64,000 nt of DNA, taken from assembly GCA_964440795.1 (NCBI GenBank), contig CAYTTQ010000004.1:3622-67621 (forward strand), in the 5' to 3' direction. The notes beneath the pieces were generated by a model. The model ran no database searches. It saw only the letters and a list, made by a program, of their open reading frames with translations, and was not told the origin of the DNA. This DNA is from an uncultured Desulfobacterales bacterium. GTDB taxonomy: Bacteria; Desulfobacterota; Desulfobacteria; Desulfobacterales; C00003060. Both the position numbers and the translations under genes were made by a program. This document shows, one piece after another, positions 58,190 through 64,000 of the stretch; position 1 is the first letter of the stretch, and each line of letters opens with the position of its first letter.

Positions 58190-58225
58190 CGAGATAGTGG
58201 AATGAATTGGCGAAAACCCGGTGTC

Positions 58226-58254
58226 ACTCTACGACAGCTTGTCTAAGATGTCAA
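58226..58254 (-). promoter_or_regulatory. sigma70-like promoter for the small-membrane-protein/GAF-GspE operon
   Basis: The minus strand reads TTGACA(58254-49)-N17-TAGAGT(58231-26). Confidence 0.45.
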
Positions 58255-58299
58255 TCCTGTTGAGTATCCCGAAAACCGGGAAGGGTCCAAAAGATCCGC

Positions 58300-58710
58300 A
58301 GGCCTTACGGCGCTTGCCGCTACTGTCATCTTCGGGACACCGTTGCCATGAATCCGGGCTCATGACCTGCCTATGCATTTCAGGGGTAACTGATAAATAC
58401 CTCTGATTATCCTTCGGTTGTTCCCGTTAAAACCTTTAGGGGGTTTGGGGGGAGAAAATAGAGTGGATCAATTCGCTTTGGTGCGGCGATGAGACACCGA
58501 GGGAACACCGCCTGCCGACCTCAGCCCGTATGCACGGAACCGGTCAGGTCTGTCCGCTTAGGGCTGTCCGGCCCTGTCCGTCCTTCCCGCTGTGCGCTCG
58601 GGCACCTCAAAGGGGCCTACACAACGTCTGGCCCCGGGGTAATGGGCGGCTCAATAGTCGGAATCCTTACAGCCCCGGTGACAGCTGTCCCGGTTCGGTC
58701 GTGTCGGCCT
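58300..58710 (+). ncRNA. candidate structured RNA with colinear but degenerate resemblance to class A RNase P RNA
   Basis: GC-rich and ORF-poor. A possible P4 helix is GAA-U-CCGGG (58350-58) pairing with CCCGGUUC (58689-96) and leaving a bulged U. Several further colinear motif resemblances are listed under the finding. The conserved GGAAAGUCC and ACAGAA strings are not intact. Confidence 0.4.
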
Positions 58711-58924
58711 TGATTAGGTTCAGGCGTTTCAACTCATAAAAGCATGCCGCCGTGTGAGCCTTGGGAATTTTGATGCTGGCAAGGCACGTGCTGCGGTCCG
58801 TTTCCATGGTGCCACCATGTTTTTCAACGATAAAACGGATGCACGACATGTAAAGGATATGAAGCCTAACCTTTTCAGTGGTCGATAAACATGTTATGTC
58901 CCAAAAATCCTTATTCATGCGCAT
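58667..58924 (-). pseudogene. possible remnant of a histidine kinase C-terminus
   Basis: The 85-aa ORF contains LYMSCIRFIVEKHGGTMETD, reminiscent of the HATPase G2/C-terminal block (GLGL....IVE.HGG.I). No upstream kinase domains are present. Weak. Confidence 0.2.
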
Positions 58925-59203
58925 TCAATTATGAAAGCATCGTGCCAAAGCGGCCATGGTGGCAGTTTATGTAATAATACAAGATGCTTATATTAGATGT
59001 GGTCCGTGTTTACGAGGGAGTGAATTGGGTAATTAATCTCCTATCCTGGGAAATAAAGTGCCCACTTTGAGAAGGAAAGGTGACATCGGTGCCGATTACC
59101 GAGGCCTTTGGGCTGGGGCTGAAGGCATGGTCCCTGATGGGCCGGACATATCGGGAATTTCTCACCCATGGAGGAAAAAATTGAGGCGGAACAAGGAGGA
59201 CCC

Positions 59204-59812
59204 ATGAACGGGCGGTTTGAACCAATAGATACCGGTCTAACCTATGAGCGGGCCAAAAAGCTATTCGATGATTACGTCCAAGATGTGGGCGTTCGCATGC
59301 ATTGTAGAGAATCGGAGGAGGTCATGCGGGCGCTGGCCAGGCACTTCGGGCAAGATGAGGAGCAGTGGGGTATTTTGGGGTTGCTTCACGATATTGATTT
59401 TGATCGGACAAAGAGTGATCCGGTAAGCCATTGTGTCCTGGCCAGAGACATCTTGGCGGAGGCGGGGATGTCCGAAGAGGCCATTGGTGTTATTTGTTCT
59501 CATGCCTGGGGCACCAGTTGCGGCGGTGGCGACGTACAAGACAAAAAACGGGCCCGGCATATCGAACATGTGCTGGTGGCGGGTGAAACCGTGACCGGCC
59601 TGATCTACGCGACGGCACTGATGAACCCTGAAAAGAAGCTGGCCAACGTAACGGTGAAATCGCTCAAGAAGAAGTTTAAAAGCAAGGCCTTCGCGAAAAA
59701 TTGCGACCGCGCCTTTATTCGGGAAATTGAAAACACCGGTTTAGCGTTAGAGGCCTTTCTGGGTGTCGCCCTTCAGGCCATGCAGGGCATGAGTGACGAG
59801 TTGGGCCTGTAG
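59204..59812 (+). CDS. HD-domain metal-dependent phosphohydrolase
   Basis: I prefer the start at Met13, with AAGGAGG 5 nt upstream. LLHDIDFD HD motif. Confidence 0.72.
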   Translation: MNGRFEPIDTGLTYERAKKLFDDYVQDVGVRMHCRESEEVMRALARHFGQDEEQWGILGLLHDIDFDRTKSDPVSHCVLARDILAEAGMSEEAIGVICSHAWGTSCGGGDVQDKKRARHIEHVLVAGETVTGLIYATALMNPEKKLANVTVKSLKKKFKSKAFAKNCDRAFIREIENTGLALEAFLGVALQAMQGMSDELGL

Positions 59813-59827
59813 TGGGCCTGTAGCTGG

Positions 59828-60760
59828 TCAGGAATGCGGACTGCATAAGAAATTCGAGATCAGGTGGGTTGCTTCCCGACGGACTTTGGCGTGCGACAAA
59901 AAGTGATCCGCTTTGAGGCAGTGGAAACGGGCCTGCGGGCAAACGGCCCGGATGTTCTGGCGGTAGTCGTTATAGATATTAAGGATGGAATCCTTCTGGG
60001 CGTGGAGGCACAATACCGGTATGTCATCCACACGAACACCTTCCAGGGGCTCGAGGGTCAAGAACTCGAAAATGATTTTGGCCAGAGCGGCTCGGCGTCG
60101 TTTCAACGTGCCGAAGTGGTCTTTTCCCTTGGTGATGCCCGGAAACAATCGATCGGTATATTGTTTCAAGGCGGCGGGGAAACCGGTAAAGGTGTTTCGC
60201 CTGTAAAACGCCTGACGATAATGGGACAGAAAAGCGGTCAACATGACTTCCGGGAAAAATCCGGGAACGGCATTGATCAAAACAATGCCTGCCAGGGATT
60301 GCTTCAGGCGATGAACGGCGGAGAGAAGGGGGATAGCCCCATAACATGAGGCGATGCCGAAGAGGGGCACCGCCTCTCGGGTGGCAGCGGATCCTGTATA
60401 AGATAACATGTGTTGGGTGTCCCGAAGGCTGGCCCCGATGGAAAAAAGGTTCGTTGATTTTCCGTGCCCGGAATAGTTGAAAGATACCAGGTCGTAATGC
60501 TGCTTGATGAGCCACCGAAAGTCACTGATTTGTTGACATAGATCACCGCCGATAAGGGGCGGGATGAAGACGAGGCCCTGCGGACGGTGATACCGGGTGC
60601 GGACCCATTCTATGGATCGGTGTTCTCCGATAAGGCGGCGGGCGCGCTGAAATGACGTGTTGGTCCTGTTCATCCGGTTCGTCCGGCTCATCCGGGTCTT
60701 GAAAAACGCCTTCGGTTGTGCGAGCGTCTGGAGACGGTCGTGGACGTTGTTGTGGTGCAC
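59828..60760 (-). CDS. alpha/beta-hydrolase-fold protein
   Basis: 310 aa. FNYSGHGKS and a nucleophile-elbow-like FGIASCYGA. The start codon is uncertain. Confidence 0.55.
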   Translation of the reverse strand: MHHNNVHDRLQTLAQPKAFFKTRMSRTNRMNRTNTSFQRARRLIGEHRSIEWVRTRYHRPQGLVFIPPLIGGDLCQQISDFRWLIKQHYDLVSFNYSGHGKSTNLFSIGASLRDTQHMLSYTGSAATREAVPLFGIASCYGAIPLLSAVHRLKQSLAGIVLINAVPGFFPEVMLTAFLSHYRQAFYRRNTFTGFPAALKQYTDRLFPGITKGKDHFGTLKRRRAALAKIIFEFLTLEPLEGVRVDDIPVLCLHAQKDSILNIYNDYRQNIRAVCPQARFHCLKADHFLSHAKVRREATHLISNFLCSPHS

Positions 60761-60785
60761 ATGATAGACAGTATGTCTAAACAGG

Positions 60786-61391
60786 CTACCGTTTTTTTAT
60801 GTTAGTGTCCATCATATCCATGCGGCGAGGCGGAGCGGGCTCGGCGATCAGGTTGATAAGTTGAAGCAAGATGCGAGCGGTGGCTCCCCAGATGAGGTGC
60901 TCGTTGTAGGAAAATATGGGTGGGAGGGGTTGCTTTCCATTTTTTGTCGTGTAGGATCCCCCGAACAGTCGGTTCATTAGGATGTCCAAGGGGACGATGA
61001 CAAGGGTTTCGACTTCGTCGGTGTTGATCCGGAAGGCATAGGGATAGGCGATGAGACCGACAAACGGGGTAATTACATAGCCGGTACTGGCCGTTTCCAT
61101 GTCGTCGAGTTGTCCCAGAATAGTCACGTCCGCCGGTGCCAGGCCGATTTCTTCATGGGATTCCCGAAGGGCCGTATCCAGAAGTGCGGTGTCGCCGGAC
61201 TCGACCACGCCTCCTGGAAAAGAGATTTCCCCCCGATGGTGTTTAACGGTGTTTGATCTTTTGACGAATAGGACATGGTGTCCGGTTTTGTCCTTGAGAA
61301 GGGGCAAAAGTACGGCGGAGGGGACCCGTTGGCTATTTTCAATCCGCTTGGCGGTTACAGTACTTAGCGCGTTTACTATGTGTTGGTCCAT
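60786..61391 (-). CDS. Nudix hydrolase (CoA pyrophosphatase-like)
   Basis: Nudix box GGVVESGDTALLDTALRESHEEIGL. Confidence 0.85.
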   Translation of the reverse strand: MDQHIVNALSTVTAKRIENSQRVPSAVLLPLLKDKTGHHVLFVKRSNTVKHHRGEISFPGGVVESGDTALLDTALRESHEEIGLAPADVTILGQLDDMETASTGYVITPFVGLIAYPYAFRINTDEVETLVIVPLDILMNRLFGGSYTTKNGKQPLPPIFSYNEHLIWGATARILLQLINLIAEPAPPRRMDMMDTNIKKR

Positions 61392-61608
61392 ACCGGCATC
61401 TTATCCCGGGACGCGTGAGGTTGAAAAGCAGTTTTTTTCAAATTTGAAACGGTCCCAACGTTGGTCGGCCGGGCGTAAGCTCGTAGGTCAGGTCACACCG
61501 CTAGGTGTTACCTGACAAAACTGTGATCAAGTTCGTTTCTGACAGGAGGCTGCGATGTGGCTTAACCCGGCTTTTTACGAGGGCATCACGCTTAGGGTCT
61601 AGCGGATA

Positions 61609-62832
61609 ATGGACGTAATGCGGTTGCGGAATAAACTCTGGTTTTGGGTGGTGTTGTGTCCGTTGCTCGTCGGTTTTGTCGGTTGTGTGTCTCAAGAGGA
61701 GGGTCCCATAACGGCCGAACGGGCTCTGGTCCGGCTCCGCCCTTCCCAATATCCGGATTTTTCGGACGACATGACCTACGAGTCCTTAAAACCGGCCCTG
61801 GATCAAAGCCTGACCTACCTTCGTCGCCTCGATCCGGCTGCCGAGTTTCGATTCGGGCCGGACACCTACACGGCCGGCCACCTGATTGACTCGATAGTCG
61901 ATTTTTCCCGCCTCATTGACCGGCAGATATCCGATGAAACACTCGCGCGAGCGATTCGCGATGATTACCGGGTGTACCGGTCCGTCGGGTATGATGGTGA
62001 CGGGGAGGTGCTTTTCACAGGGTACTACGAGCCGGTTCTTAAGGGTAGCCTGGCACCGTCTCCTCAGTTTCCCTATCCGATATATCGGTGTCCCGATGAT
62101 TTGGTCACCGTTGATTTGGGGCTGTTTGATTCCAGGTACGGGTCTGACCGTTTGGTGGGCCGGAAAACCGGACAGACCGTGGTCCCTTACTTTGACCGGG
62201 AAGCCATTGATTCGGCACGACGATTAGACAACAGGGGGGACGAGCTTGTCTGGATCTCCAGTCGGATCGACGTGTTCTTCCTCCAGATACAAGGCTCCGG
62301 ACGCGTGGTGCTGGAAGATGGTACGGTTTTACATGTCAATTATGCCTGTGGCAACGGGCGGCCCTATCGGAGTATCGGGAAGCTGCTGATCGAAGAGGGA
62401 AAGATTGCCCGGGAAGATATGTCTGCACAGCGCATACGGGCTTATCTGAAACGCCATCCGGAAGAAATGGATGGGATTCTAAACCACAATCCCAGTTATG
62501 TCTTCTTTCGGTTGGTGGATGCCGGTCCGTTGGGGGCTTTGGAGGTTCCCTTGACCGGTGGGCGTTGTATCGCCACCGATCTCGACCTGTTTCCCCCGGG
62601 CGCTCTGGCGTTCGTTGAAAGTGAGAAGCCGGTGACAGCGGCGGATGATGCCGTCGATTCGTGGCGCCCGTTCACCCGATTTGTCTTGAATCAGGATAGG
62701 GGTGGGGCGATTCGAGGGGCCGGACGGGTAGACCTGTTCTGGGGAAACGGTGCGTATGCCCGGACGGCGGCCGGTCATATGCAGCAAAAAGGGCGGCTCT
62801 ATTTCGTTGTAAAAAAGGAGAATCGGAGCTAA
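61609..62832 (+). CDS. mltA: membrane-bound lytic murein transglycosylase A
   Basis: 407 aa. Lipoprotein-like signal (LLVGFVGC), MltA-like core, and C-terminal 3D-domain motif DRGGAIRG. Confidence 0.85.
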   Translation: MDVMRLRNKLWFWVVLCPLLVGFVGCVSQEEGPITAERALVRLRPSQYPDFSDDMTYESLKPALDQSLTYLRRLDPAAEFRFGPDTYTAGHLIDSIVDFSRLIDRQISDETLARAIRDDYRVYRSVGYDGDGEVLFTGYYEPVLKGSLAPSPQFPYPIYRCPDDLVTVDLGLFDSRYGSDRLVGRKTGQTVVPYFDREAIDSARRLDNRGDELVWISSRIDVFFLQIQGSGRVVLEDGTVLHVNYACGNGRPYRSIGKLLIEEGKIAREDMSAQRIRAYLKRHPEEMDGILNHNPSYVFFRLVDAGPLGALEVPLTGGRCIATDLDLFPPGALAFVESEKPVTAADDAVDSWRPFTRFVLNQDRGGAIRGAGRVDLFWGNGAYARTAAGHMQQKGRLYFVVKKENRS

Positions 62833-62893
62833 TGGTTTGGTTGCCTGTGAAGATCAAGATGCCGGTACCGAACCGGAAAGAGGTGGGATATCT

Positions 62894-63508
62894 ATGGGAA
62901 TACTATCGACGTCCGTATCGGTGACACGATACCGGGTGGACGGCAAACTTGAGCAACCGATCATCGAAACGGCGTCCGAACGGCTGAAACGGTATGCCGT
63001 CTCTGAAATGGCGGACGAGGCGTCAGAGAAGCTTGCGGGGTGGACGTCCTTCGATGCCCCTTTTCAGCCCAATTTTGACGGATCGTCTTTTGTTATCGGC
63101 GAATACTTGGTCTTTGCATTGCGAATCGATAAGAAGAACCTGCCGCCGAAGACCGTCAAAAAATATTGTGCGATTGAAGAAGCCAAGCGCCTCAATGAAA
63201 GCGGCCGGGAATATTTGTCACGACAAGAAAGAGAAATGATCGAAGATCAGGTGGTAAATACGCTCATGATGCGGGTTCCCTCAGTACCCAATGTCTATGA
63301 TTTGGTATGGAACTACGAGCGGTCAACCGTATGGTTTTTTACCACGCTCAAGGCTGCCAACGAGGAACTGGAAACACTGTTTCTGAAAAGCTTCAAGGTA
63401 CCGCTGGTGAAGCTCTTTCCGTATACCTTGGCAGACTTGGAACTCGGGCTGTCCGACACGGACCGAGACATATTACACAACCTGAACGCCACCAGCTTTT
63501 CGGAGTAA
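62894..63508 (+). CDS. RdgC-like recombination-associated protein (short form)
   Basis: Start at Met20 of the tracked ORF. MGILSTSVSVTRYRV.. and KKNLPPKTVKKY...REYLSRQEREMIEDQV resemble the RdgC N-terminal half. From memory only. Confidence 0.5.
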   Translation: MGILSTSVSVTRYRVDGKLEQPIIETASERLKRYAVSEMADEASEKLAGWTSFDAPFQPNFDGSSFVIGEYLVFALRIDKKNLPPKTVKKYCAIEEAKRLNESGREYLSRQEREMIEDQVVNTLMMRVPSVPNVYDLVWNYERSTVWFFTTLKAANEELETLFLKSFKVPLVKLFPYTLADLELGLSDTDRDILHNLNATSFSE

Positions 63509-63511
63509 CTC

Positions 63512-64000
63512 ATGCTTGATGTGTCCGTTTCCTATAATCGATACAAGTTCATCGGTCGGGAGTTTTTGACGTGGTTGTGGTTTGCCGTCGATACTGATCA
63601 CCAAGGGCTGGAAGGTCTCTTTGAGGATCCGACATCAGTGGATGTCGGCAATCGTATGGTCCTTGAGAATCGGCAGCGAGAGGCCGTGGAGACCGTTACC
63701 ATCAAGGGGGATGACGCCGGTCTTGAAGAAGGTCGCCTGGCATTGAGAAAAGGGGCGGCGGTGACGGAGATCAATATCGTGTGTCGACGGGGAGAACAAG
63801 AGTGGCAGCTCACGTTAAAGGGGGAAAGTCTTCACATGACCGGCCTCCGGTGCCCACCTACGGGGGCGGTGGAGACCAAGGCCGATTTGGAAGGAGCCGT
63901 GTTGGAGAAGGTATATCTTTGTGACATGGTTATTCAGATTGTCGACACCCTTTTCAAGGCTTTCGTGGAGATACGACTTTCCGATGATTGGCAAAACCGG
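63512..64000 (+). CDS. hypothetical protein, 3'-truncated by the window end (possible second RdgC-like paralog)
   Basis: ATG at 63512, 4 nt after the previous stop, and open for all 163 codons to the window end (MLDVSVSYNRYKFIGREFLTWLWFAVD...). It is absent from the ORF track because no stop is reached. Confidence 0.45.
   Translation, partial: MLDVSVSYNRYKFIGREFLTWLWFAVDTDHQGLEGLFEDPTSVDVGNRMVLENRQREAVETVTIKGDDAGLEEGRLALRKGAAVTEINIVCRRGEQEWQLTLKGESLHMTGLRCPPTGAVETKADLEGAVLEKVYLCDMVIQIVDTLFKAFVEIRLSDDWQNR

Noticed and set aside
58489-58713. 74-aa and 69-aa plus-strand ORFs in the GC-rich desert core
   Set aside because: Their Arg/Pro/Gly/Cys-rich translations are typical of non-coding GC-rich sequence. 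A structured RNA explains the region better.

Overview
This is a chromosomal, mostly housekeeping window with about 55 protein genes. Gene content and order suggest a Desulfobacterota (deltaproteobacterial-type) genome; that is my inference, as no search was run.

Core content:
- nadA, lolA-like-ftsK-rnj-plsC and grpE-dnaK.
- An SRP RNA hidden under a spurious ORF.
- tilS-ftsH-folP, a YbbR protein and coaX.
- A complete dcw cluster on the minus strand (mraZ at 43.5 kb down to ftsZ at 26.7 kb, with no ddl). A three-repeat MraZ-type operator lies upstream of it, and a B12-type radical SAM gene follows ftsZ.
- mltG, bactofilin, TraB, ychF, an ABC-F ATPase, an M48-TPR protease, Nudix and mltA.

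No CRISPR array, rRNA, tRNA, integrase or obvious defence operon was seen.

The less ordinary parts:
1. 17.3-25 kb holds a yggT-pilT-pilT-like operon ending in a zinc-ribbon/degenerate-receiver protein. Next to it are a stand-alone sigma54-promoter sRNA candidate with a CU-rich loop and a 186-bp MITE-like palindromic element. That element's 29-bp end motif recurs at two other places in the window. A second, perfect sigma54 promoter then drives an HTH-Hpt-REC/GGDEF-hybrid kinase operon.
2. 58.2-59.2 kb is a roughly 1-kb ORF-poor gap. Its GC-rich core shows colinear but degenerate resemblance to class A RNase P RNA.
3. 49-51 kb holds an orphan ParA-like ATPase, a convergent unknown gene and an AT-rich TTACTAT repeat cluster.
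4. There is a lone DUF5131 (phage Gp37/Gp68-like) gene with a CX3CX2C motif.
5. There is a GAF-fused GspE/PilB ATPase operon.
6. Tandem RdgC-like ORFs sit at the right edge.

All family calls are my own recognition of motifs in the supplied translations. None was verified by search.
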